Shown: positions 13,605 to 24,697 of the stretch, piece after piece
Layout: each line of letters begins with the position of its first letter
Position numbering within the stretch: position 1 is the first letter of the stretch
Assembly: GCF_006345805.1 (NCBI RefSeq)
Contig: NW_021834452.1
Span: 1-48,377, forward strand
Reading direction: 5' to 3'
From: Octopus sinensis
Lineage: Eukaryota
DNA: 48,377 nt
The notes under the pieces: model-generated
Seen by the model: the letters and a program-made list of their open reading frames with translations, nothing else
What the model was told of the DNA's origin: nothing
Databases searched by the model: none
Translations under genes and position numbers: made by a program

Positions 13605-13745
13605 TTGCGGCCATTTCTGAGGCATCGCCTTGACGTACTGACTCGAAAATATCGACTGTAGTGTTTACTAATTTTAGTTTGGTTTGTACTCTGTCGGTTT
13701 TGTTTAGCGAAATGCTACGTTATGGGGACGTATACAAACAAGAAC
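13605..13745 (-). mobile_element. SINE family A 3' half, highly degenerate
   Basis: gcggccatt...catcgcctt and ggggacgta..ac landmarks. Confidence 0.5.
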
Positions 13746-13805
13746 ATGTTTACAGGCACTGCAAAAAGGAATTTGGACGACAAGACGTACACAAAATCAT
13801 GCATA

Positions 13806-13839
<34 letters not shown>

Positions 13840-15482
13840 CACACATGCGTACACACACACACACACCACACACACATATATATATATATATAATATATAT
13901 ATATATATTATATATATATATATATTAATATTATAATTAAGAAAAATCAATTCCAGTGCCACAGAAGTAAGAGATTCAAATTAAATATATTAAATTGAAT
14001 TACTCTCAATAATTAATTGATATATATATATACAATATATGTATGCCCAACATTTCAGGCCTTGTGCCTAGAGTAGACAAGATTATTGTACGTTCTGTAG
14101 AAAAATCTTGTGGTATGTTGTGATAAGAGTGGAAGTTTCGTTGTGGTAGTTTCACCTTTGGTGAAGCCTCCTATTTTGGGTGCGCTTTGGAGGAATATGA
14201 TTCACTGGTGAAATGGTGGGTTGTTGGAAAAGCAAGTACGACATGACGATTATGTCAAATCATCGCCTCATCCTTGCCGCTATTGATTTCATTAATGCCA
14301 TTCACCAATGGAATAAGCCTGAATATTTGAATTCAGCAAAATTTGAATCCCAAACACAAAGCGTTTCATTTAAATACACACTGCATTGAATTAAATGGTT
14401 AAATGCTCTAAATGAGTTGCCGCTAATAAGATTATAAATTTACATATGAATATGTAAATATGAACTGCAGCGATGAAGTTAATAGTTATTCAAATTATGA
14501 TGTTTGTCACAATGCATAAACTTCAATATTACATTGTTTCAATTTTCTATTTCAATGGCTTTCACGTTAGAAACGAAGACAATGGTAAGATTTTCGTCCT
14601 TCTAAGGTAGCAGAAAATGCAGATTATTTAAAATGCTAACAAACGTGTACGATTGATGTTTCGTTTGTTCATTAGAGACTTTAGAACAGGAAAATGCTTC
14701 ATTGTTGTAAATGGGAACAGATAAAGCTTCTAGTTTTGTTCCTAATTCAAATAATTGTCATTTGTTGTTATATTTCCTTCCTCTCGCTTTGTTATTCGTT
14801 CGCATTTCACTACATACTCGCATTCATCCTGATGAAACTATTCATAGGTAATTCTCCGAAATTCTAATTTTAATTTGCCTAATCGGGGAATTTTCTCCCA
14901 AGACTCTAATCCTCTAAATGAATGAGGGTTTACATAAAAACCGGGCTGTGCCGGAATACCGGGCCGTACAAAAAAGAATAGATATCTAAAATATGTTTCT
15001 ATTTTATTTTGAAAACTTACCACTCTGCCTTTGCCATTTATTACGTTTTGTGATGCGCATGATCATCCGGACGATGAGAATATTATTTTGCATGAAAGCG
15101 GAGCTTGGCACAAAAAAACAAACAAACAAAAACAGATGAGTACCACTACTTTAAATGACGTCATCTGGTAATTATCTGTCAATGTATATGCATTATTAAA
15201 GAGACAATTGAGAAATATTAAAACATATTTTGCTATATCTCAGGAGGGTCATGGTGCCAATAATAAACCACGGACTGGTTCTCTTTCACTATTGTATTTT
15301 TGCATTTGTCAATTTGTACAATATTTAACCAGTTAACCCTTCCGTTATTCAATCAGCTTGGTCTCTTGAAGTCCTTCCGTCTCCATTCGTAATCTCATCA
15401 ATAACAAGTGGCTATGATTTGAAAGGGTATCTCATAAATTAAGTCTGGAATGGCAACGAAAGGACTTTTACAAATATGATTT

Positions 15483-15733
15483 CATTGGTTCTCAACCGGA
15501 GTTCATATGAACTTTAGGGGTTCAGATAAGCTTTTCTTCTGAAAATTTATAGGCAATAAATTATACTTCTATAATACAGAAAATAGTTTCTCAATTTTTT
15601 AATACAATCCCTAATAATATTTAATTATAGAAATGTAGTAGAATTTCTTAAACCATCGAATGGTTACAGGGATCCAGGTGAATAGAATAGAGAACAAAGG
15701 AGCTCACAGGCAAAAACTGGTTGATAGTCATTG
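15483..15733. mobile_element. Probable hAT-type MITE, degenerate
   Basis: Left end cattggttctcaacc and right end ggttgatagtcattg resemble CAGTGGTTCTCAACC-type hAT TIRs; no clear 8-bp TSD. Confidence 0.5.
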
Positions 15734-15796
15734 GATAAACCAAAGGATTATTCAAACACTTAATTAAATAACTAATTGACTATTATTATCATTATA

Positions 15797-16006
15797 AAGG
15801 CGGCGAGCTGGCAGAATCATGGACACGCCGGGCAAAATGCTTAGCGGCATTTCGTCCATCTTAAAGACGTTTTGAATTCAAATTTCGCCAAAGTCGACTT
15901 TGCTTATCTCCTTTCGGGGTCGATGAAATAAGTACTAGTTGCATACTGAGGTCGGTATAATCGACTTACCCCTCCTCCAAAATTGCAGGCCTTCTGTAAA
16001 AGGAAT
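15797..16006 (+). mobile_element. SINE family B monomer
   Basis: aaggcggcgagctggcagaa head, ctttcggggtcga motif, (ATT)n tail. Confidence 0.85.
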
Positions 16007-16023
16007 TATTATTAGTAGTAGTA

Positions 16024-16275
16024 GGCTGCGAGCTAGCAGAATTGTTAGCACGATGGACGAAATGCTTAGCGGTGTTTTGCCCATCGCTACGTTCTGATTT
16101 CAAATTCTGCCGAGGTCGACTTTACATTTTATCCTTTCGGAGTCAATAAATCAAGTACCAGCTGATTACTGGGGTCGCGGTAATTGACTATCTCCCTCAG
16201 CCAAATTTCAGGACTTTTGCCTGAAATAGAAAGGATTATTATTATTATTATATTATTATTATTAATATTATATTA
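16024..16275 (+). mobile_element. SINE family B monomer with (ATT)n tail
   Basis: ggctgcgagctagcagaa head, ttttatcctttcggagtcaa motif. Confidence 0.85.
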
Positions 16276-16292
16276 TTATAATAATAATAATA

Positions 16293-16352
<60 letters not shown>

Positions 16353-16353
<1 letters not shown>

Positions 16354-16901
16354 TGATGCAGTACCAGGTAGTGCTCTAAATGGCTTCTGATCTTAACTGA
16401 TTGGAAGTGTTATCATGTACATTGTTTTTCTTGGTATAAAAGATGGGCTACAACAATATTCTGCTCAATACCACAGATTTGCTTGTCAGCTTTTTGACCG
16501 TAACCAGTTGAGCATGTCCCTTAGGTGGCTGACGATATGTGCATCTCTGATCACGAGCAGAAGTAGTGGGGGAGCAGCATAGCCATGTGTTGAGAAGGAT
16601 TCTTTGGGGTTTGAATAATCACCTCTGGAACATGGGTGTTTCGTTCAACGTCCTTAAACACCCTTATTCAGGGACCTTTTGAGGCGGGATGGGTTACTCG
16701 ATCTGAAGAAAATTCTAACTGGGCTCCACCTGCAAGGTCATGTGCTGTTTATCTTGAATATGAGATCACCATGTCGCGCACATATGGTTGTGATGCATGT
16801 TCCTGGTGTACCCTTATCAGACGAGTAGTCATGATGGGTATACTGGGCTTCGTATATTTTACCCCAGTGTCACTTTGATGGCATGCTCTGCTCGCTCACT
16901 C
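16353..16901. mobile_element. ~550-bp non-coding interspersed element embedded in (AAT)n, copy 1
   Basis: High identity to copies 2 and 3; (AAT)n on both sides. Confidence 0.8.
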
Positions 16902-16995
16902 AATAATAATAATAATAATAATAATAATAGTAATAATAATAATAATATTTAATAATAATATAATAATAATAATAATAATAATAATAGTAATAATA

Positions 16996-17552
16996 AATGC
17001 CCTGATGCAGTACCAGGCAGTGGCTCTCATGGCTTCTGGTCTTAAGTGATTGGAAGTGTTATCATGTACATTGTTTTGTCTTGGTATAAAAGATGGGTTA
17101 CAGCAAATATTCTGCTCAATACCACAGATTTGCTTGTCAGTTGTTTGACCTTAACCAGTTGAGCATGTCCCTTAGTGGCTGATGATATGTGCATCTCTGA
17201 TCACGAGCAGAAGTAGTTGGGGAGCATCATAGCCATGTGTTGAGAGGGATTCTTTGGGGTTTTAATAATTCCCCTCTGGAAACATGGGTGTTTCGTCCAA
17301 CATCCTTAAGCAACCCTTATTCAGGGACCTTTTGAGCGGTATGGGTTACTCGACCTGAAGAAAATTCTAACTGGGCCCCACCTGCAAGGTCATGTGCTGT
17401 TTATCTTGATATGAGATCACCATGTCGCGCACATATGGTTGTGATGCATGTTCCTGGTGTACCCTTATCAGACGGGTAGTCATGATGGGTATACTGGGCT
17501 TCGTATATTTTACCCCAGTGTCACTTTGATGGCATGCTCTGCTCGCTCACTC
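16996..17552. mobile_element. ~557-bp element, copy 2 (mosaic)
   Basis: aatgccctgatgcagtacc...gctcgctcactc; 5' part like copy 3, 3' end like copy 1. Confidence 0.85.
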
Positions 17553-17582
17553 AATAATAATAATATAATAATAATAATAATA

Positions 17583-17654
<72 letters not shown>

Positions 17655-17663
17655 GTAATAATA

Positions 17664-18220
17664 AATGCCCTGATGCAGTACCAGGCAGTGGCTCTCATGG
17701 CTTCTGGTCTTAAGTGATTGGAAGTGTTATCATGTACATTGTTTTGTCTTGGTATAAAAGATGGGTTACAGCAAATATTCTGCTCAATACCACAGATTTG
17801 CTTGTCAGTTGTTTGACCTTAACCAGTTGAGCATGTCCCTTAGTGGCTGATGATATGTGCATCTCTGATCACGAGCAGAAGTAGTTGGGGAGCATCATAG
17901 CCATGTGTTGAGAGGGATTCTTTGGGGTTTGAATAATTCCCCTCTGGAAACATGGGTGTTTCGTTCAACATCCTTAAGCAACCCTTATTCAGGGACCTTT
18001 TGAGCGGTATGGGTTACTCGACCTGAAGAAAATTCTAACTGGGCCCCACCTGCAAGGTCATGTGCTGTTTATCTTGATATGAGATCACCATGTCGCGCAC
18101 ATATGGTTGTGATGCATGTTCCTGGTGTACCCTTATCAGACAGGTAGTCGTGATGATTATACTGGGCTTCGTATATTTTACCACAGTGTCACTTTGATGG
18201 CATGCACTGCTCTCTCACTC
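17664..18220. mobile_element. ~557-bp element, copy 3
   Basis: 668-bp period from copy 2; (AAT)n flanks. Confidence 0.85.
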
Positions 18221-18898
18221 AATAATAATAATAATAATAATGATGATAATAATAGTAATAGTAATAATTTAAATGTCTATCAATTTAAGTGGCTGTGTTG
18301 TATTACATGAAGGTTATTCGCTACTACCCCTGCCTCTTCACCTCCCCAAGCTTCCAGTCATACTGTAACATCTTTACACTAGGACGCTGGGTTTGTATCG
18401 GAAAGTGATTGTAACAAACGTTAACATAAAAATCAAAGCAAATAAAAATAATAATCGTAATAATATCACGTGCGGAAAGAGACCCTTTGAGATCTCTGAC
18501 TGAAGGCCGTTGTCTGCTCTAACAGAATCAACCAGAGCGAAGAATATCCGGGAGTCTGCGAAGTAAAACTATGCTAAAAGAAATGAAATAGAACCGGACT
18601 GTATGGTTATTATAAGCAGTGATCTTTCCCAGTTACAACAAGAGCCAGAATTAAAATTGTTAAAATGTACTTCACAATTTCCAAAGCGAAAAAAAAAAAC
18701 AACAAACAGAAACAAGAAGAAAAAGAAAAAGCAAAACAAAAATACAAATAGAATTCATCTACCTGTGGTGTGACTTGAGGAATTTGTTCGTTAGGACATT
18801 GGCTTCTTTAAGTAAAATTCGTTTTATTTCATGAAAGAAAAACCCAAAGAAATCCATATTCTACGTACGTCACACAGTATATCAGAACCTACAAGAAA

Positions 18899-18902
<4 letters not shown>

Positions 18903-18946
<44 letters not shown>
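18903..18946. repeat. (CT)n microsatellite
   Basis: Directly visible. Confidence 0.95.
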
Positions 18947-18953
<7 letters not shown>

Positions 18954-19286
18954 TCGCTTTCTCTTTCACACACATGTATGTATCTTTAAATATAATATGA
19001 ATAATATATATATATATGCATATATACGTACGTATATGTACATAATTCCATCTGTATGTATATATATATATATATGATAATAATACTAGGGAGTATAACT
19101 CCAGAATTACAGGGAAATATTCAATTTAGTATTAAATCAAACTTCACAGTATAAACATATAAAATATAAATTAGAGATAAAACCACTATTATGCAACTCA
19201 ATTAGTTTACGTATTGGTTTATGTCTTTCACTGTTTGAGTTGCATAATAGTGGTTTTATCTCTAATTTATATTTGATATATATATG

Positions 19287-19319
<33 letters not shown>

Positions 19320-19324
<5 letters not shown>

Positions 19325-19523
19325 ATCCAAACAAGAAAACACAAAAAAACACAACAACGCGAGGACGTGGAACAAATATAGTATTATTGGAAGCTCGGGA
19401 AAGAAGGGAAGAAGGAGGGTTTAACGTTTCGGGCGGAGCTCTTCGTCGGAAACATAGGAGAAGGAAAGAGCCAGAGAAGGGAAGACAGAGGAAAAAAATC
19501 GCCAACAGTACACACGAGGTCCA
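19320..19523 (-). mobile_element. ~200-bp pLTR-like element family G with minimal hammerhead (19419-19453)
   Basis: Three copies in window; minus strand gttt-CCGACGA-a-gagc(tcc)gccc-GAAA-cg-TT-aaac. Confidence 0.75.
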
Positions 19524-19556
19524 CACACACACACACACCACACACACACACACACA

Positions 19557-19606
<50 letters not shown>

Positions 19607-19611
<5 letters not shown>

Positions 19612-20050
19612 TATTATGTGGGCATAGGACGTCATGAGACGTGTGCAACAAAAAGTACGTAGCACAAGAAGACGTGTTCTTGTTTGTCTCCTGTCCTAGA
19701 TTGATTCAGGCGTTCGCCACCACAACCTCATTTAGGCTTAGCAGCCCTTCTTGTTTGTTTTCACTGTTCTGTTTGTGTTACTTATTTTGACCCTCCGCAA
19801 AATCCCAAATTTTATTTAAATTGCTATGGGGGAGCAACTGTTTTATCGAAAGCGTATATTGTTGTTAAATGCTCCAAATACGAGACTGGAAAAACATCCA
19901 ACAACTGACGAAGGGTCGTTCTTTATGTTGTTAGCTTTGTTTTCCATTCGTGTCTTTCGTTGTTCGAAAAAATAGTTCATGTTCCATGTACCCGTGCTTC
20001 GTACTTTTTTGTTGTACACATCTCATGACGTCCTGCGGCCACATATGCAT
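19607..20050. mobile_element. Foldback element, arms 19607-19665 and 19994-20050, spacer with permuted hammerhead-like motif
   Basis: ggacgtcatgaga...aaaaagtacgtagcac versus gtgcttcgtactttttt...tctcatgacgtcc; GAAA at 19848, CTGACGA at 19905. Confidence 0.75.
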
Positions 20051-20077
20051 ATATACATACACGTATATGTATATATG

Positions 20078-20128
<51 letters not shown>

Positions 20129-20305
20129 ATTATTTATATTATTATATGATTGAACACCACGCATCTTCTTTCAAGTAAGTATTCATATATATATATATTT
20201 ATAAATGAGGGTGAAAAATTTGATATTAATTTAATAATACCATCAATTTAACACCAAGTGGCTTAGCACATAAAAATCAAGGGAAAAATACAAATTTATA
20301 CATTA

Positions 20306-20796
20306 ATATTAGAGAGTGACCACTATGTGGTTTACTCTAGTGCTAAAAATAGCTCCGCTAATAGTATAGCCACTAAAAGTTGATTTCCAAGAAGAAATAC
20401 CACTACATTTAACGTACGGTAAGTGAAACACAACGAAAAAATAGATTAACACTGAACAATTGTTTCATTATTAATGTAATATGCAATTTTACTTACATAA
20501 CATCCATAAATCTTCAGCAGAGGCTTGTCTTAAATACAATTTATTAAGTCGCAGCGAGCGTCAAATACACGCGCGGTTCAATCGATTGTATTCGTAGTTA
20601 TGATTCAAATTTCCCCACCAAAAGAGCGATAAGACTTACTAGAAACGAGTACTGCATAAAATATTTACTGTAGTATAATTAAATTTATAAATGAGGGTGA
20701 AAAATATTCTTCTTGGAAACAACTTTTAGTGGCTATACCATTAGCAGAGCTAATTTTAGCACTAGAGTGAACCACATAGTGGTCACTCTCTAATAT
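20306..20796. mobile_element. Foldback element, arms 20306-20396 and 20707-20796
   Basis: ~90-bp inverted arms; direct repeat tttataaatgagggtgaaaaat near 20198 and 20684. Confidence 0.8.
20450..20522 (-). ncRNA. Type I hammerhead ribozyme motif, intact core
   Basis: Minus strand: ctctg-CTGAAGA-tttatggatg...cattaataat-GAAA-caattg-TT-cagtg; palindromic ACAATTGT stem III. Confidence 0.7.
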
Positions 20797-20890
20797 TTAT
20801 GTATATATATAATATTTAATATAATATATATATATATATTATATATATATATATGTATGTATAAGGGTTGAAAAAGGAACACACGAGTTG

Positions 20891-21032
20891 ATATATATGA
20901 AAAAACAAGTCAAGATAGAAAATGCTAAAATAATTATGAATCGTTACAGTTGAAAAGGTCTCAAAATGACCGAAACCGGTACTGAAATGTTCTTTATAAA
21001 ATTATTTTAGCATTTTCTATCTTGACTTGTTT

Positions 21033-21044
<12 letters not shown>
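20891..21044. mobile_element. Foldback element, 45-bp arms 20891-20935 and 21000-21044
   Basis: atatatatgaaaaaacaagtcaagatagaaaatgctaaaataatt and its reverse complement. Confidence 0.85.
20947..20984 (+). ncRNA. Minimal type I hammerhead motif with U3-A8 core covariation
   Basis: cag-TTGAAAA-ggtc(tcaaaat)gacc-GAAA-ccgg-TA-ctg; stems I and II perfect, palindromic ACCGGT, predicted GUA cleavage after 20981. Confidence 0.7.
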
Positions 21045-21071
<27 letters not shown>

Positions 21072-21075
<4 letters not shown>

Positions 21076-21255
21076 CTATCTAGGCACAAGGCCAAAATTT
21101 GGGGATGGGGCGAAATCATTTAGATCGACCCCCGTGCGCAACTGGATGCAAATGAGATCGACCTTGGAGGAATTTGTAATCAGACGTAAAGGCAGACGAA
21201 TAACGGTCAGCATTTCGCCCAGCATGCTAACGATTGTGCCAGCAGCCACCGCCTT
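21072..21255 (-). mobile_element. SINE family B, internally deleted
   Basis: ctaggcacaaggcc tail and tgccagc..ccgcctt head on minus strand. Confidence 0.7.
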
Positions 21256-21604
21256 ATATCTATAGAAATATATATATATATATATCTTATAGGATATATT
21301 ATATATCATAAATATATAATATATAATATATATATATACTATATATATATATATTATAATATATCTATATATATATGATATATATATATATATTATCTAT
21401 ATATATATATATATAATAATATATATAATATATATATATAATATATATATATATATTTAATCATGCGTGTTTTTGAGTTTGTACTTCCACTGCACCACCG
21501 CTCGACAAGCCGTGTTGTTGGAGTGTGTCTAAGTCAATGTTATCTACCGGTTAGATAGGAAAAGCAATAGAACAAGTACCACGCCATACAATTTCTTTTA
21601 TATA

Positions 21605-21755
21605 TGCGCATTCGTGACTTAGTGGTAAGAAGCTTGATTCTAAGCCATATAGGTCGAGTTGACTGACATTTCGTGGCAACTTCAGAGAGTGTTTTCTATT
21701 ATAGACTTGAGCTGACCCAAGCCTTGTGAGTAGATTAGGTAGACGGGAACTGAAA
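21605..21755 (+). mobile_element. SINE family A 5' half, degenerate
   Basis: gtggtaagaagcttg...aagccttgtgagtagattaggtagacgggaactgaaa. Confidence 0.7.
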
Positions 21756-21779
21756 CACACACCACACACACACACACAC

Positions 21780-21825
<46 letters not shown>

Positions 21826-21828
<3 letters not shown>

Positions 21829-22035
21829 TTCACTCTTTTACTTGTTTCAGTCACTTGACTGCGGCCATGCTGGAGCACCGCCTTTAATCGACCAACTCGA
21901 CCCCGGGGCTTATTCTTTTGTAAGCCCAGTACTTATTCTATCGGTCTCTTTGGCCGAACCGCTAAGTAACGGGGACGTAAGCACACCAGCATCGGTTGTC
22001 AAGCAATGCTAGGGGGACAAACACAGAAACACAAA
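21826..22035 (-). mobile_element. SINE family A 3' half
   Basis: ttacttgtttcagtcacttgactgcggccatgctggagc...caagcaatgctagggggacaaacacag. Confidence 0.85.
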
Positions 22036-22483
22036 CACACACACGCACACACACATATATATATATTACAAAGAATAAGTCTTGGGGTCGATTTGCAAAT
22101 AAAAGAAAAAAGAATAAAAGAATATATTTATATATATCCATCTATATATGCGCGCGCGTCTGTGTGTCAGTATGTATACGTAGTTTTGTATATACACCGG
22201 TGTATGTACACGCCTGTGTATGTGTACTGGATCGGATGGGGGTGTATATGATTGTGCATAATTGAGACAATTTGCTTAATGTATCTGTTGGGCGAATAGT
22301 CATTGGGAATTATTTTACTAAAAGCATTAACTTGTTCGATGAAGGCTTTAGTACATCTCGCAATATACAAGAAAACCGAGAAGTAGACGAAATAAAAGCG
22401 ACACGTCCAGTCGTCGTTCCTGAAATTGAAAGTGGTTGATAAATAGCTTGATCCTGTAGTCACACACATACACACATGCGGAC

Positions 22484-22845
22484 TGCTTAGCAGTATTTCG
22501 TCTGCCGTTAAGTTCTGAGTTCAAATTCCGCCGAGGTCGACTTTGCTTTTCATCTTTTGGGGGTCGATAAATTAAGTACCAGTTACGCACTGGGGTCGAT
22601 GTAATCGACTTAATCCGTTTCTCTGTCCTTGTTTGTTCCCTCCGTGTTTAGCCCCTTGTGGGTAGTAAAGAAATAGGTATTTCGTCTGTTTTTATATTCT
22701 GATTTCAAATACCGCCGAGGTCGACTTTACCTTTTATCCTTTCGGGGTTGATAAATTAAGTACCAGTTGCGTACTGAGGTCGATCTAATCGACTGGCTCC
22801 TCCCCCCAAATTTCGAGCCTTGTGTCTAGGGTAGAAATGAATTTG
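22484..22845 (+). mobile_element. SINE family B dimer (5'-truncated)
   Basis: Two consecutive gttcaaattccgccgaggtcgac/ggggtcga units joined at aaataggtatttcgtctg. Confidence 0.85.
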
Positions 22846-22849
22846 GTTC

Positions 22850-23226
22850 AGTCATTTTACTGCGGCCTTGCTGGACATCGCCTTTTGTTGAACAGATCGA
22901 GCTCAGGACTTATTATTTGCAAGCCTAATACTTATTCTATCGGTCTCTTTTGCCTAACCGCTAGATTACGGGGTCGTAAACACACCAACATCGGTTGTCA
23001 AGCGATGGTGGTGTGGGGATAAACACAGTAGAAACACACACACACACACTCACACAGAGTTATAAATGCGACAGGCTTCTTTCAGTTTCCTGCACCAAAT
23101 CCACTCAAAAGGCTTTGGTCGGCTCGAGGATATAGTAGAAGACACTCGCGCAAGATGCCACACAGTGTGACTGAACCCGGAACAATGTGGTGGGTAAGCA
23201 AGCTAATTACCACACCTGCGCCTATA
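22850..23226 (-). mobile_element. SINE family A, degenerate
   Basis: All family A modules recognisable. Confidence 0.8.
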
Positions 23227-23312
23227 CATGTCTGTGTGTGCTTGTATTTATGTATGTATGTATGTATGTATGTATTTATGTATATATAAATACATATATA
23301 AGTACGCATATA

Positions 23313-23528
23313 CGAGTGGGTACTGAAAAGTTCCTGGCTTTAAGGGTGTCTCGAAAGATTTGGTTGCAGGCCCAACAATCCGAGGTCTTTTAAAGGGCAT
23401 ACAAAAACTGGAGGGCCGCTGCAGTAGGTTTGTAAATCTGAGAGGGCAATGTGTTGAATGAAATCATAACTGATCGTCCTATATTTATTTACCTTTACTC
23501 AAAGCAAGGAACTTTTCATTATCCTTCG
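23313..23528. mobile_element. Mariner-derived MITE (~216 bp)
   Basis: TIRs cgagtgggtactgaaaagttcctggcttt / aaagcaaggaacttttcattatccttcg, TA on both sides; retains transposase-like C-terminus GIQKLEGRCSRFVNLRGQCVE*. Confidence 0.8.
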
Positions 23529-23546
23529 TATATGTATATATATATA

Positions 23547-23755
23547 GTTAATCCAATCATGAAAACACAAAGAGAAAACACAACAACGCGAGGACGTGGA
23601 ACAAGTATAGTGTTATTGGACGCTCAGGAAAGAATCAAAGAAGGAGGGTTTAACGTTTACGGCGGAGCTCTTCGTCAGAAACATAGGTAAAGGGAAGAGC
23701 CAAAGAAGGGAAGACGGAGGAAAAAAAATCGCCAACGGTACACACATGGTCACAT
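23547..23755 (-). mobile_element. Family G pLTR-like element with hammerhead (23648-23682)
   Basis: CTGACGA intact on minus strand (23678-23672); GAAA mutated to TAAA. Confidence 0.75.
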
Positions 23756-23780
23756 TTTGAATATATATATATATATATAT

Positions 23781-23886
23781 AACAATTTATCAAATAAAAC
23801 ATATGCATAGATACATACATGTATGTACATACCTACATCTATATGTATATATACATGCATATATATATAATATATATATATATACA

Positions 23887-23962
<76 letters not shown>

Positions 23963-24371
23963 AGAGTACAGGACACCACAAATAAACGTAGAACACAACG
24001 AGAAACGAAAACATAAAAACAAACAAGGAAACGGACTTTTTTCTTGTCCTGTTTTTATTCTTTATGTGTACTGTATCTTTATTTATTTCTATTGCTTTTA
24101 CTTCCCGTTCTTGTCACTTTTTTTACCCCTCTGCAAAAGAATTTTATTTAATTCATTTTGCAGGAAGGACTGTTTCGGCTGGATCGTGTTCTGCCCTTAC
24201 CTTCGAAACACGCATTGAGTCGAACCAGGGGCAGCTGATGAAGGGGAATATTCCTTGTATTGTTTTGTTTTATACTCTGTTTTTTCGTTGTTAAAAAAAG
24301 TCCGTCTCCCTGTTTGTTGTTATGTTTTCGTTTCTCGTTGTGTTCTACGTTTATTTGTGGTGTCCTGTACT

Positions 24372-24410
<39 letters not shown>

Positions 24411-24475
24411 CATATAGATTTAGGTATGTATATATATGTATGTATCTATGCAAATGTTTTATTTGTTAAATTGTT
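23781..24475. mobile_element. Large foldback element, arms 23781-24042 and 24294-24475 each including a TA microsatellite
   Basis: taagagtacaggacaccacaaataaacgtagaacacaacgagaaacgaaaacata and its reverse complement; spacer has GAAA at 24205 and CTGATGA at 24235. Confidence 0.8.
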
Positions 24476-24552
24476 TCTATATGATTGAACGCCTTGCGTC
24501 ACTTTCTTATTTCTCCAAGTAAGTTTTTATTATTTATACATATATATATGTA

Positions 24553-24697
24553 TAGCGGTTTGGCAAAAGTGACCGATAGAATAATTTGTAGGTTTAGAAA
24601 GAATAAGTACTTGGATCGATTTGTTCGACTAAAGTCGGTGCTCCAGCATGGCTGCAGTCAAATGACATACACAAATAAAAAAATAAATGAATAAAAG
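24553..24697 (+). mobile_element. SINE family A 3' fragment
   Basis: tagcggtttggcaaaag...ggtgctccagcatggctgcagtcaaatgac. Confidence 0.8.

Noticed and set aside
15021-15103. Possible 83-nt minus-strand exon (GTAAGT donor, pyrimidine-rich tract, one open frame SAFMQNNILIVRMIMRITKRNKWQRQS)
   Set aside because: Weak AAG acceptor, unrecognised peptide, no partner exons identified; needs RNA-seq
16353-18220. Regularly spaced repeats suggesting a CRISPR-like array
   Set aside because: Units are ~557 bp with microsatellite spacers in eukaryotic DNA; no CRISPR geometry or cas genes
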